From Podarcis tiliguerta (Eukaryota), in assembly GCA_965153285.1 (NCBI GenBank), contig OZ229110.1: a stretch of 64,000 nt of DNA. One strand, given 5' to 3'. The notes below the pieces were generated by a model. That model was not told where the DNA came from and made no database searches. It was given only the letters and a program-made list of their open reading frames with translations. A program made the translations under genes and the position numbers. This document shows positions 26,216 to 47,984 of this stretch, one piece after another. Position 1 is the stretch's first letter; the number at the start of each line of letters is the position of its first letter.

Positions 26216-27080
26216 CATAGAATCATAGAATCATAGAATCATAGAGTTGGAAGAGACCACAAGGGCCATCGAGTCCAACCCCCTGCCAAGCAGGAAACAC
26301 CATCAGAGCACTCCTGACATATGGTTGTCAAGCCTCTGCTTAAAGACCTCCAAAGAAGGAGACTCCACCACACTCCTTGGCAGCAAATTCCACTGTCGAA
26401 CAGCTCTTACTGTCAGGAAGTTCTTCCTAATGTTTAGGTGGAATCTTCTTTCTTGTAGTTTGGATCCATTGCTCCGTGTCCGCTTCTCTGGAGCAGCAGA
26501 AAACAACCTTTCTCCCTCCTCTATGTGACATCCTTTTATATATTTGAACATGGCTATCATATCACCCCTTAACCTCCTCTTCTCCAGGCTAAACATGCCC
26601 AGCTCCCTTAGCCGTTCCTCATAAGGCATCGTTTCCAGGCCTTTGACCATTTTGGTTGCCCTCCTCTGGACACGTTCCAGTTTGTCAGTGTCCTTCTTGA
26701 ACTGTGGTGCCCAGAACTGGACACAGTACTCCAGGTGAGGTCTGACCAGAGCAGAATACAGTGGCACTATAACTTCCCTTGATCTAGATGCTATACTCCT
26801 ATTGATGCAGCCCAGAATTGCATTGGCTTTTTTAGCTGCCGCGTCACACTGTTGGCTCATGTCAAGTTTGTGGTCAACCAAGACTCCTAGATCCTTTTCA
26901 CATGTACTGCTCTCAAGCCAGGTGTCACCCATCTTGTATTTGTGCCTCTCATTTTTTTTGCCCAAGTGCAATACTTTACATTTCTCCCTGTTAAAATTCA
27001 TCTTGTTTGTTTTGGCCCAGTTCTCTAATCTGTCAAGGTCATTTTGAAGTGTGATCCTGTCCTCTGGGGTGTTAGCCCAG
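26216..27080 (-). mobile_element. Young 5'-truncated CR1 LINE
   Basis: Uninterrupted ~260-codon ORF2 C-terminus ([12 protein letters not shown]...KCKVLHLG...[12 protein letters not shown]...[20 protein letters not shown]) plus 3' UTR and the (ATTCTATG)n CR1 tail. Confidence 0.95.
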
Positions 27081-29604
27081 CTGCCCACAAAATGAAATAT
27101 AATACTTGATCAAAAATAGAAATCAAAGTAATGTACATTTGACAAAGATAAGAGCATGGGTAGCATTCCCATCACTCAAAAGGGTGTTATTTACTCCTCA
27201 AAAACATTTGACAGAAGCACAGATATCTCTGTGACTTGCAAAACTAAAACTAAAAACATAGCTAGCTGTGTGTATGGTATGGTTATATCCACAAAGATGG
27301 CTGTATTTGCATAGAATACATTGGTCTGCAGCTATGCCCTATGGACCACTCAAGTTCTTTTGCAGCCTTCACAAAAAAAGAAAGAAACCCCACCAAAGCA
27401 GACCTTTCAGGGCCATAATTTTTCCCAAATTACAAAAGAATACTCCTTAACCTTGCCTACCTTGATACCTGCCACTTGTAATCCATCTAAGCTTACTTGT
27501 GCCTAAATCTTAGAAAGAGGAATGGAATGTGATTTTGTTGTTGTGACTTATGTTTCGAAGGGAAAACCCACAATTTTTGTTGAATTTAATCATTGTTTCA
27601 AACCATTTGAGCTCTGCAATTTACTTCAGTGCTAGTATCTGCTGTCAATATAGGTAAACCAAAATGTTCAATACAGTGGATGTTTTATGTTGAGGCATAT
27701 TTGTGTATGTAAATAATAGTTCCATGCACCACTGGTCTTCAGCTGGTGCATCAGGGCCTGATCCAAGGTGGGTCGCAACAGGAGCTGTGCCACCATGCAA
27801 ATATTAAGGTAAGAAATTAAGAAATGGGTCCCTAAATGCATGTTTGAGTTAAAAGTGGGCCCTGGGTCTGCAAAAGTTGAATGTCTGCCATACAGCATGA
27901 CCTGGTAGCAGATTTCAGACCGCTTACTATTTCCTTGGCAGAAGGACAAAACCTCATTGTTTGTGACCCATTTCTTCTCCTTTGTGGGAATATGTAGGAC
28001 CCAGACAAAAAAGAGGGGGATTGTCTACACATCATTACACCAGCAGGTGTCTGCATTCAAAGGTTGCTAGTGGATCTGGGACCAGCTACCAGCTGTCAAC
28101 GGATAAGGCAGCCAAGGATTGGACCTCTTTCAGTGTGTAAACGTTTTAGATTGGTGGGGGAGGGTAAGAAAATATGGCAGAAGCTTGTAATGTTATGCAT
28201 AATGTTGGATGAGCTTTACTGCCTTTCTGTCAACACCAGAAATTGGGATTCCCAAGTGAACTTTGCTGGGGAGTAGATTGAAGATTTTTAAAAAAGGAGC
28301 ACTTCATCCAGTGCATACTTAAAAGGTATGGCATTCACTGCTCCAAGGCAGGGATGGTTGCTACATTAGATGGCTGGAGAATAGGTTTGGCAGTGGTGCC
28401 TTGGTCTTCACAAAACATTATGCCACTAAATGCTGTTAGGTTAACAGCAGCAGAGGGCTGTCACTCTCCTGTCCTCAGGCTTGCTTAGAGGCAGGTGGTT
28501 TAATAGGGTGTGAAGCAGAATGTTGGATGAGATGGGTGATTGGTCTGGATCAATTGGGCTATTGCATTGTTAAAGAGATTGTGGTGCAGATTTACCTGTG
28601 GGCTGAAGGAGGTGGTCAGGGAGCCCTGTGGCTGTATAGCAGGAGAAGAGGTGCTGTGGGATGCAGAGAGAAAAAGGCTAACATAAAAGTTTAAAAGAAA
28701 CCAGTAAAAAGGGAGAGAGGCATATTTTTCTGCAATTAGCACACCACTCGAACCTTCATCCCAAAGCCCTCTTGTAAATACGCAAATCTCCACACAAAAT
28801 TTAGCAGTTTAATTGTACCTTTAAAAAAATTATTGCAGAAAAAAACCTGTCATGAGCTACAGCTCACTTCGTCAGATAGTACCAAGTGTTATCATAAATG
28901 GGTGGAGATGTACATCTGTGCATACAACAGTCAGAGGGCTCAGTAATACAAGAGAAAGTTGTGCTACATTATGCTGCAGAGCACAAATAATCAGGCAAAA
29001 GGATGAAAGATATAATCAGCGAGGGCGTGGCGCATTCCCAACTGCTAATAAAGTATGGCAGCTTTCATGTTACAGGAGTCTGTCTGGCCGTTGTGTAAGA
29101 GACTTTATAAAGTTACCATACTTTGGAACAAAAAAGATTTCAAAGGGAGGCTCCAGAATGATGTTGCCGAGTTGGAATTCATTTTCAGATCTGACACCCT
29201 AACTTATGTCTCAGTATAGTTAGGGAGTGCCTCTCTCACAGCTGTCCCACTTTCGGTGTTCCTGTTCACCATCTTGTTTTTGGCAGTTAATATTTGGGAA
29301 AGTTTGCACCTACTCTGCTAGGATTGCATTTCATTATAATGCTTCTTCCCCTTTTACATGTGAACCAAGGAAGCAGTTATGTGCATTCTACAAAGTGGGC
29401 TCTGGCCCATGAAACTTTATGACGCAATAACTATTAAGTCTTTTAAAGTGCCACTATCCTTTTTTGTTAATGTATGATTTACGCATTATTGGTGTGATGC
29501 ATTTCTATGTACAAAGAAATATTGCACACCTTCCTGGTGCTACTAGTAGTTGATGGGTGTTGTCTCATTTCAAAACTATTCCAATGCAATGCTTTGAGGG
29601 TTGG

Positions 29605-29797
29605 TAGGATTGCCATACGTCCAGAATTTCCCAGACATACCGGAATACCGCATTTTCCAGCAGAAAATGGCCAAATGTCCAGGAAAATCCAAACATATGG
29701 CAGCCCATGTTGGCAGTGCACATTTTCCCTTAAAACTAAAAAAAGCTCAACAATTTTTCAATCTGGATTTTCACTGTTTCAAATAGTGGCAACCCTA
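29605..29797. mobile_element. Degenerate hAT-like MITE
   Basis: Ends TAGGATTGCCA...TGGCAACCCTA with an internal imperfect inverted repeat; no clean TSD. Confidence 0.5.
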
Positions 29798-32060
29798 TGG
29801 TTAGTCCTACTTGTATCGTCTTGGCGGCTGACATAAGTTTGTTCCTCTCAGGTGTGTACTCCTGTGTTGCCTATTTACGTTGTTCTAAAGAATATAAAAG
29901 CAGATTGTTCACACCAGTTTGTTACCTTCCACAATTCCCATTGATGCTGCCCAGTTCAGCCTGGATTTTTTTCTTAATACTAAAATGCTGCCTGTGGAGC
30001 TACTTGCATGGGAACACCCACCTGACACATAGGATGATCTGGGGTGGGGAATCTTTGGTCCTCCAGATGTTCTTGAACAATGCCCATCAACTCCAGCGAA
30101 CATGGCCAATGGGCGTTGAAGTTCTGTAACATTCCCGGGGGGGGGGGGGATAGGCTGAAGGCATGTTTCCCTTCCCTGAAACATATCCCCAGGGCTGCAG
30201 AGGAGATGACAGTATTTTTCTGATGGTTCTGGGTTGGGAACAGAAAGTATTCCTTACTTGTTCTTCAGGATGCAGAAATCACCAGTTCCTTAGAGGAACA
30301 GGACTAGCCAGTTTTGCCCCACCTTTCCTACTAGCAATGGCTTTTAATTTAGATGCATGGGATAATTGGGGGTAGAGAGGAGTCGGGAGTGGAGTAGACT
30401 TTCATCCTTTCCCTTTATTATCATCAGCTTTCTTTTGTAAGCACATGGAAGAGCAGCAAGCAAAGCATTATTATATGATCCCCATTTACTGCCTCAGCTC
30501 AGTTTTGCTCTCTGTAGCAAAAGTGAGAAGAGGATGGTGATGGAATAAACAGCTCGTACTGTTCTTCTGAAAGTACTGAGAGCAAAGGAAATGGCAGTCA
30601 GATTGTTCAGGGGCAGCAACGGGAGTGTACTGAAAATAGATCCAGGACCTAATAATTTTGGTTACAAATGTCTTCAAGATGTAAGGGGAAGAGAATAAAA
30701 GAAACAATTTAACTGTCTGTCCAACCACCCTTCTCTCTTTTAATATTTATTAGCCTGGTATATCAGGAGGAGGATATACAGGTGGAGAACCCAACTCTCC
30801 TTCCTTTGGTACCCAGGCAGTGTAGCGTAATGATTATGGTGTCATAGTAGGGGAACCAAAAACTCACTGGGCATTCTTAGGCCAGTCACACTCAGCCCTA
30901 GCCTACAGGATAAAGTGGAGTAGGAAGGGCAGAAAGTATGTATGCTGTCTTGAGCTTCTTAGAGGGAAGGTAGGACACAAATAAATGAGACGAGTAGATT
31001 TTCATGATTTCCACTTTCCACCTTATCAACTGAATCACTGCATCTTGCTGTAATCGGCGAAAGACCTATGTATCTGAATGCATAACCAGGCCTACTTTAC
31101 CAAAAAATCTATACTTTTCCACAAAAAAGCACTGGTAAAGCAAGCTCCCCCATGGAGCAACATGAAGTCTGCACAAACTCCTACTTCATAGGGGTCCTTG
31201 GACATTAAGCAAGCCTTCCTGTGCAAGGAGACAAGCAGTATGGAGAATATCACTAGAAAGCAATTTATTAATACTGTCAGCCAGAGCATCGGCATTTCAT
31301 TTCCAAGTGGCATCTATCATCTCTGTGAAAGGACTGATAAGGCGATCTATGCAGGGATCTCTCAACTTTTTTTTTATTTCATTAAAATTGGCAGGTGGGA
31401 GGTTTGGATTGGATCCACAGCACTGAGGGCGTTAGCTGTTTCCATGATAAAAACAGTCTCTCTGGAGCAGCTTATTCACTGGGGGTGGGACCCACATTTA
31501 CCCCTTGAGGCAGAAAATTTATATTGGGGGAATCTGATTTTAAGAAGTTTCAGGAACTCCAATCAGGGTCCTGACATTCTCATGTCCAGTTTGTCCCTAA
31601 GAGGCACTCTTGATCAAAGTGCAGTTCCACCCTCATTCTGATCCTTAAGCTCAGGAAAGAGATGTTTTTACTGTGGATGAAATTCCCCTTCCTATAGGAA
31701 AGAAGAAGCAGTTAAGATGGCAGGCTTTTTCCAAGCATGTTCCTCTTGTCACTCCAAGGAATTTTGGTGCAGTAGATAGGGGCAGATTCATCACCATCTT
31801 TGTCTTTAAACGTGGGACAGACTAGCCAGCAAGATGACCAGCTGACAGTTTAAGGAACCATTTCTGCCAGGGTACTCTGCTGAGGTAGTAATTCAGAAAA
31901 AATCAGAAGAATAGGATAAAAGAAAACAATGGTTTCTATTTGTCCAGGTTCCTGAAAGAGGCTTCCATCTGTTCACAGCTGAAGTCTGTTGCTGAAGATT
32001 CCACTTTCTCCCTTCTGCTGGCAAAGATTTAAATGATGTCAGCTTTTTTTGTTTTCAAGT

Positions 32061-32066
32061 TTTATT
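32061..32066 (-). terminator. Candidate MED19 polyadenylation signal
   Basis: TTTATT on + (AATAAA on -), about 770 nt past the MED19 stop. Confidence 0.5.
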
Positions 32067-32837
32067 TTTAAAGGGATTACATGTAGAGAAGCCTTTACCT
32101 GGTAAGTGAGCCCTTAGGGGAAAATATCACCATATACACAGTTCTGTCCTTGGATTCACAGTATAGCTTCTTGACTTACATGCTTCCACAGTTAAATGAA
32201 ATTTGGTCAATGCTTTCGACTTAACTCTCTAGCTGATGATACTAAAGCAGGCCTACTTATCAGCATGGATCAAGTCCGGGAAGGTAAAACCAACCTTGTC
32301 TTCTCTTTACTCCCACCTCACGGTTCTGCAGTTTCTCCCATTTTCCTATTTAGAAAAAGCCCGATCGCATTAGCTCTTTCTACTTAGGCAACTAACTCAC
32401 CCACTAGCCTTGGGCCACACTTTACAAAAGAAAGCACTTCTAGAGTTTCTCCCTATCTATTCACAGTGCAGTTTCCAAGCCCATGATACGAGAGGAGATC
32501 CCAGACCCTCCCAAGTGCTCCAACAAAGGTTTAACTAAATCACGAGGCAGACACATCCCAACTTAGTCAGGAACATTCTGTAAAAAGGAAAGGAAGAAGG
32601 AAAAAAACCCTCCCCGAGTAGGCAGGGCTCCCATATAAAGACACCAGTCTGCATTGTGTCGCAGGCAAAGTCTGTGTTCCTTATAGAGAGATCAATGGAG
32701 TCCCAGAAGTTCCACTCAGTAGGGGCGAAGGGGAAGCAGGGGAAGTATATGAGTCTGTGGTGACTCCCCCATTATTGCTGTTCCTCCTTTTCTTGTCAAA
32801 GCTGTAGCACCTTCCAAGATAACTCCGTGGCAGGACT

Positions 32838-35830
32838 TTACCGGAGGCTGCTGCTGCTGCTGGCCTGAGAGCTGCCCACACTAGGGTGTTCAGGGCTATG
32901 CCGATTCTAAAGAAAAACAAAATGGACACATATGCAAGAATGAGAATGAAAGTTCTCAACAATAATGGAAGGCCAGGAGAAAAGACCCCACATCTCAGTC
33001 AGTTCTCTGGCACCTGAGGGTACAATTACTTGAGCTGGTCGAAGCATTCTTCCCAACTTACTTTCTTTTTCTTCTTCTCCTTCTTCTTCCTTTTCCGCTC
33101 AGGGTCATCCTCTTTCTTCTTCTTTTTCTTCTTGTGGTCAGAATCTGAAGGAGTTTCTACCAAAAAGAGAAAAGGAACTGAAGCAGGAACTTTGGACAAA
33201 GCAGGAATTGCGGTAGCTTAGGCCGCTAGACTGTGGAATGCTAAATTGGAAAGGAAGGGCAGGGGTTGGTGAGGGCAAATGCAACCACAGGACCCAAGGA
33301 GGAAGCTTCTTACCTGGAGGGACAGGATCCTGCGTACGACTCTGCTTGTGTTTGTGCTTGTTTTTTTTCTTAGGTGGTTGAATGTGCATTAAGCGACACT
33401 GCTCTGGCAGCTGAAGCAGTGCAAAAGAAACAAAAGAGCATGTTAGTCCACTGAATACCACATCTGTTGTTCCAGTAAATAACCACAGGTGCAATCATTT
33501 GCAGGGAGGGGGGTTGCTTGTCTCTTTGGTAACCTGGTCCCACCGTTATCCCCCATCAAAACTTGCAAGAAAAGCTTCTACTATGTTCACTAAGCTTAGT
33601 ACTTGGGTCTGTTATGAGCTCGGAGCTCCCTAGACTCCTTGGCAATCTACACTTCACAGAATATGGCTAAAGATTTACTCTGGAATTCACATATGAGTCA
33701 ACCTTCCTCTTCATACCTGCTCTGCAAAAGAGAGCACTAAATTTGACAATACAGTGGTACCTCCGTTTACGAACTTAATACGTTCCAGAGGTCCGTCCTT
33801 AACCCAAAACCATTCTTAACCCGAGGTGCGCTTTTGCTAATGGAGTCTCCTGCTGCTGCCGCGCCGTTGCCGCCAGGCAACTTCCACTCGCATCCCAGGG
33901 CAAAGTTCGCTACCCAGAACACCTACTTCCGGGTTAGCGGAGCTCATAATCCGAAGCGTTCATAAGGAGGGCGGTACGTAACCTGAGGTTCCACTGTACT
34001 TTTCTTTGTGACTCCTCCTGCCTGGGATCCCTCCCTAACTTCAGCCTACCTACTACTGACTATTCCATCAAGGGAGATGGATCCCATTCTGCTGGACTCT
34101 TAGAAGTTTCTCCCAGTTCTCATATTCTCCAGTGCACCCTAACGTCCATTTCAACTCAGGCATATTTTTTTTGTCATTCAGGTCATTTTCTCACCGACAG
34201 TCAATATTTCCTCCTTCCCTTGCAGTCCCCACCTCTAACTTACCGGGCCTGCATGGAGACGAAAGCCTGTTAGCATGGTACCGGTGATAGGGTTGAACGA
34301 ACTGCTGCAGATGGGAGGCTTCTCAATGAGAGAACGCAGGCTGCTGTTGTCATGTGAACCTGGCAAATCTACCATCCCTGGTAGGTCTGGAAGGAAGTTG
34401 CTGAGCTTCTCCTTCACCTTTTTGCCACAAAATTTGTTGTAGGCATGCTCCAGGTTGTAGTGGGTGATCAGGTTTGTGCTCCCTGTTAGTTCTGTAGTAC
34501 CTGGCAAAGAACAAAGGACATGACAATAATGACTATGTTTGGCTTGTTGGGATTAACAGGACAAAGGCAGATAGAATCTGGCAAGCAAATCCTTCAAATA
34601 CGACACTACTTGCACCTGCAAGTGACTTCTTTGTTGAGATGACAAGAGGACATGTCCAGCCTCATACACCCAAAATGCTTTTGGTGAAGCCAGATCAAGA
34701 AAAAGCTTTGCTCTGCTTTCTGAAAATGTACTTCTCTTCTTGATAGGCTGAGGCATCCTGGGAAGAAAATCCCCAAAGTCCTATTCATGTATACTTGAAA
34801 TTAAGTCCCACTTATGCCATGGGAGGTTGCTTCAAGGTAATGGTTTGTAGGACCCTCACCTGATAACAAAGCAATAGTTTGCACACAACACTAAGCCAAA
34901 TCATGGCTTCACACAAATCATGGCTGCTGTGCTTCTTCCTGAGTCCTGCTGATGCATACTCAAGGTCAAGTTTGGCTATGCATGACATCCAAACTGGGCT
35001 CATGTTCTGTCTCTCCCGACAAGCCGTGAGCTGTTTGTTGTTGATCACTCATAGTTTGGGGGAGACAACCATGACCCCCGAGTTGGCATGCAGTGCTGAG
35101 CCAAACCATGATAGTGCAACAGCCACAGCCTTTGCTCTGGGAATGCTTGCTCTCCTGTGCTAAGCCAGGTTTTGGCATAGTGTTCACTGGGCCCTATTTG
35201 CTTATGGTGTTTAGACAGTGCTTTTCAGACGGACCTTCCATATAGATTATTACAGCAAGCATCTATTAAAGCAGAAATGGCAAACGGGCTTGCCATGAAG
35301 TTAATAATGAACTTCAGCGGCTTCCGCCTCGGCAGCGCCAAATGCGGATGCACCGCATGACTCCGCCTCCGTTTTGATCCGGCACCTCATTGGCCCCCAG
35401 TAGCTGCCAATCGAAATCTCACCACTACCTGCGCTTCCGCGAAGTCGTCAGCTTCGCCTGTTGGGTCTAAGTTCCCACAGGAACAGGGAGGAGTGCCCAT
35501 CAAGACACAACCGCGTATCTCTATTGGGCCATTCCCCCGCGGCGCCTCGTTGGCATTGGCCAAGGATGCAAGGCCCGCCTCTGCATTCCGGTAGGCTGAG
35601 TCGCCCCCGAAGCCCGCCCCCTCCAACAGCCACTTACCTGGTAACTCGCGCATTAGGTAGAAGGGGCCGCTGGCGGACGCCGCTTTCTCTCCGACGGGGG
35701 TCACGGCAGGGACGGGAGGTGGCCCAGTCCCCGGTCCTCCGGGTTTCCCTGGTCCAAAGCCCAGCGCGGCGGCTGTGGTAGGCGGAGGCGGTTCCGTCCC
35801 TCCGAAGAGAGCGGAGAAATTCTCCATCAT
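32838..35830 (-). CDS. MED19: Mediator complex subunit 19 (5 exons, about 236 aa)
   Basis: Exons 35830-35638, 34500-34244, 33410-33314, 33156-33062, 32906-32838 (TAA); 711 nt in frame. Translation: MMENFSALFG...GPFYLMRELPG/TTELTGSTNLITHYNLEHAYNKFCGKKVKEKLSNFLPDLPG.../LPEQCRLMHIQPPKKKNKHKHK.../ETPSDSDHKKKKKK.../NRHSPEHPSVGSSQASSSSSLR. Confidence 0.98.
33752..33996. mobile_element. Tc1/mariner (Tigger-like) MITE in MED19 intron 2
   Basis: TA-CAGTGGTACCTC...GAGGTTCCACTG-TA; one arm is related to 46969-47209 in opposite orientation. Confidence 0.85.
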
Positions 35831-36243
35831 CCCGGCGTGCCCCGCGCAATCTCCTCCCATTGGCTTCGCATCTTGGCTGTCCCCTCGGCTCGCCTTGTTT
35901 TCATTGGAGGGCGGTGAACCCTCCTCTTACGTATGATTGGCTAACTAACCTGGAAACTGGGCCGCGTTCCGATTGGACGGCCCTCTGCTTTCTCGTGACG
36001 CATTTTTAGATGGCGGCATGACGTCGATAGCATGCGTCGAGAGGCCCCCTAGTTTGTATTCCGAATCCATCCCAGCGATTCTGAAGTCGGCCAATGATAG
36101 TGCGCGGTGTTGCTCTAAGCTCCGCCTTTCCGTTGATTGGCGTAGGCATTGGCCAGCGAGCCCGAGCGGAGGAACGACGAGCGTGCGCCGCCGGCAGGTG
36201 CTAGAAGCTGTCGGCGCGGGGGCTCGGTCAGGGTGAGGTGAAG
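35831..36243. promoter_or_regulatory. Bidirectional CpG-island promoter shared by MED19 and TMX2
   Basis: 413 bp between divergent ATGs, CpG-rich. Seven CCAAT/ATTGG boxes (35859, 35903, 35936, 35972, 36091, 36136, 36148), a YY1-like AGATGGCGGC near 36008 and a CRE-like TGACGTC near 36019. Confidence 0.9.
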
Positions 36244-44641
<8,398 letters not shown>

Positions 44642-45618
44642 AGCCCGGAGGACTGGACTGTGTTCCTTTACTGTTTAGCTCCCCATTCCTCTTCCATTGC
44701 CATTCTGATCTCTCTCCTGGGACATCAGCCACAAGCTGCTTTCGCCCACAACGCTGGTGCTGGGAGATGATTGTACATGCCAGGGAGCTTCTATCTTCTG
44801 AGTGTAGTTGCCAGGGAGCTTTTATCCTCCTGGGCTCAGTGCCTCTCTGCTGGCAGCTACACGTTTCTTCCCCCATCCCCTGATCCTCCTTCCAGGAGTT
44901 GCTAGGTGCAGTTTCAGCAAGATAAGATGTGGCCCCAACTCTATAGAAGCTAGAACCTGTTTCTGCATCTAGATGTGGGGCTGCAGGCTTCTCTGGCAAT
45001 GAATAAGAGATACGGGGGGGGGGGCAAGAACTCAGTGGACACTGTAAATGGGCAGGATGGGAGGAATCACCACTTTCGGTGGAATTGACTCCCTCCTGTC
45101 AAAGCTGTGACACCTCACTCCTGTTTGAATTGGTTTTATGCAGGGTCGTATCTGTGGCTGAGAAGCTATAGGTATCATTGACCAGTTTTGACTACTTGCT
45201 ACCCACTGCCCTCTACTGTACTGACAACAGAGCTTACGTGGTCGCTTCCCATAAGTTTTGGGCTTTAAAAGCCGATGGGTGGACGTACAACGTTTCTTTG
45301 CTGAACTTGAAAGTGCTGCTGTGCCAGAGAGTAAGCAGCAGCCATGCAGTCCTTATGGATTTCCTGTTCTCTGCATCATCATCATCAGCTGCTTGCGTGG
45401 TGTAATATGCTGAGGGTGTGCAGTAAGAAGGGGGTCCCTCCTGCCCCCAAACTGGAGGAGTAGCTGCTTCTGCCGTCCAGAGTCATAACTGACAGGGTTC
45501 TTATAGCTGCTAACTCCATTTCCAACCCAGGGAGCTTGTTCGTGGATAGGAACAAGCTCCACTTCACTGTACTCATCCACCTTCACACTTCTGTTAATTG
45601 TCTTATACGGCTATCTCT

Positions 45619-45624
45619 AATAAA
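45619..45624 (+). terminator. Candidate TMX2 polyadenylation signal
   Basis: AATAAA about 1 kb after the stop, with T-rich sequence downstream. Confidence 0.6.
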
Positions 45625-46968
45625 CAAACTTGGGAATGTCTTCTTCTGGGGCCTTCTTTTTGTTTCTGAGTTGGACTATGGCCACAGTCTGCATTTGCTT
45701 ATTATTATTATTATCATTATTATTTATTAAATTTCTATACTGTCCCTTTATCCATAGGTCTCAGGGCATTCTGTACTTTTTTTTTTTTTTAAAAAAAAAG
45801 GATGTTTTGTAGTGTCCAAGTAAATTTTCTTCACTGTTTAGGGCTCGACTCTTCTGTATGGGATGGGGGCTTTGCTATGCTATCCTTCTTGGTGCTCTCT
45901 ACCAGGCTGTAACCATGCTGGCTGAGTTGCTGGGAAGATCTTGGAAAACTCCAACTAGGGTCTCCACCAGTTTTTAGATGAAGGAGGCATCAGTTTGAAG
46001 CTGGACTACAATGGAGCGGGGGGGGGAGAGATTGAAGTTTTCGTCTTCTATTTTCCTTATTAAAATTTCCCCTCCTAAATAGTCAGCTGAGGCCAATCAT
46101 ATAGATAGGTGTATGTTTTCACCCTGGGGAAAACTGTCTGTGAGGCTGAATTAGGGCAAGGGTTAACCCCTTCACCATAGTACCTATCCAGACTCCCCCC
46201 ACACCTGCTTTTAAACCTTTAAATAAAAAAGAAATTGTGTTTGAAGAATAACTGCCCTCAGCTTCCTCTGATCATCTGATGCACTGCTGTTCCTCACACA
46301 TGCAAAGGCATTGCTTTTGTCTTCCCCGGACATGCAACTGTTCATAGGCTGGGCCAAAAAAGACACCACTGCCAAGCCAGATGTGAAAGGACAGTGTAGG
46401 CCACAGAGTGGCAGCACTATAACGGTAACCCTGTAAAAAAGGAATAAAAAGGACCCTGCTTAGATCAGAATGCCAGCTTGTGCTTCTGATGCCTATATTT
46501 CCTCCTAATTAAAGGCAGATGCAATCAGAGACAAAGATTTGAGAAATGGGAACAATTTGGAAAGCATGATGTAGAAGGACAAGTGAGGATAGGGATGCCA
46601 TGCCATGCTGATCATCATTGGAATGACTTCTATTAACAGAGAAAGGAAAATAGCACAAACTTCGGGAACTATAAGCAGGCAGCTAAGTTTACAATGGAAC
46701 TGCAGTGGTTCTGCTAGGGTAGATAATGAAAAAAGTTCCCTAAAAGTAGTTGGGGGCTCCTAACTTAGGAGGTGGATGTGTCTTACTAAGGAAAGGTAGG
46801 AGCTGTTCACCCACAAATATTTTATTAATCAAATGTGTATACTGCCCTTCATCCAAAGATTACAGAGTGGTCACAACATAAAAATACAAAAGGTTCTGTG
46901 TTTGCTACAGTGCCATATGATGACTTGACAGTGCGAAATCACTTCCCATGGCTGCTTTCAACCAGATA

Positions 46969-47209
46969 CAGTGGTACCTCAGTTTCATATGCTTCAGGTT
47001 ACATACGCTTCAGGTTACAGACTCTGCTAACCCAGAAATAATGCTTCAGGTTAAGAACTTTGCTTCAGGATGAGAACAGAAATCGTGTTCCAGCAGCATG
47101 GCAGCAGCAGGAGGCCCCATTAGCTAAAGTGGTGCTTCAGGTTAAGAACAGTTTCAGGTTAAGTACGGACCTCCGGAACGAATTAAGTACTTAACCTGAG
47201 GTACCACTG
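46969..47209. mobile_element. Tc1/mariner (Tigger-like) MITE between TMX2 and SELENOH
   Basis: TA-CAGTGGTACCTCAG...CTGAGGTACCACTG-TA; internal GCTTCAGGTTA repeats. Confidence 0.85.
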
Positions 47210-47730
47210 TACTCCCATGTGATCAGTTGTGAGAGAGTACTGTGAATGTGTGGATCTGCCCTTTGCCTGCTGCCATGCCACAAGAGAGTACTGCATTAGA
47301 AGATAGAGAGAGTTTGGGGAATTTGGTTTTACGAAACCCATTTTCTTTAAGGCAAAAGAGAGAGAGTGCTAAACAGCAAACCTCGGACTGAAGTTCTTAC
47401 AATACCTAGCTGATGCCTATTTACTAGAATATACAGCCAGCTTTATATGGTAATAGCGATGTGACTTCGAAACAGTGCAAAACAGTAGCGTTTATGACTC
47501 AACTCTAATCCTGCGCCCTGCCACGCTCTTTTTATACCTTCAATTAGCATAACGGAATAGATGGGGGGGGAACCCTCTATATTTAAAACTCATGCATAGG
47601 GATCATCCGCATTAAGTGATCTTTTGTAGAAGGACCAACCCAGCATGATGCAGCGAATGTTTCCACTGCTTCATCGCAAGAAAACGAATCTGGTTGCCCG
47701 CGATCAGTACTAAGCGGTACTTAGCACCAC

Positions 47731-47978
47731 GAGAGCCAGTGTGGTGTAGTGGTTAAGAGCGGTAGTCACGTAATCTGGGTAACCGGGTTCGCGTCTCCGC
47801 TCCTCCACATGCAGCTGCTGGGTGACCTTGGGCCAGTCACAGTCTCTCAGCCCCACTCACCTCACAGAGTGTTTGTTGTGGGGGAGGAAGGGAAAGGAGA
47901 ATGTTAGCCGCTTTGAGACTCCTTAAAGGGAGTGAAAGGCGGGATATCAAATCCAAACTCTTCTTCTTCTTCTTCTTC
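47731..47978 (+). mobile_element. Squam3-like tRNA-derived SINE with a (CTT)n tail
   Basis: Head GAGAGCCAGTGTGGTGTAGTGGTTAAGAGC (A box) and CCGGGTTCG (B-box-like), L2-like 3' part GTTAGCCGCTTTGAG, (CTT)n tail. Confidence 0.85.
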
Positions 47979-47984
47979 TAAGCG

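Noticed and set aside
26303-27088. 261-aa ORF as a host gene
   Set aside because: It is the C-terminus of CR1 ORF2 followed by the CR1 tail, with no true start.
28852-31641. Intergenic 100-150 aa ORFs (28852, 29507, 29797, 31198)
   Set aside because: No recognisable domains, some overlap MITE remnants, and I could not build a consistent exon chain.
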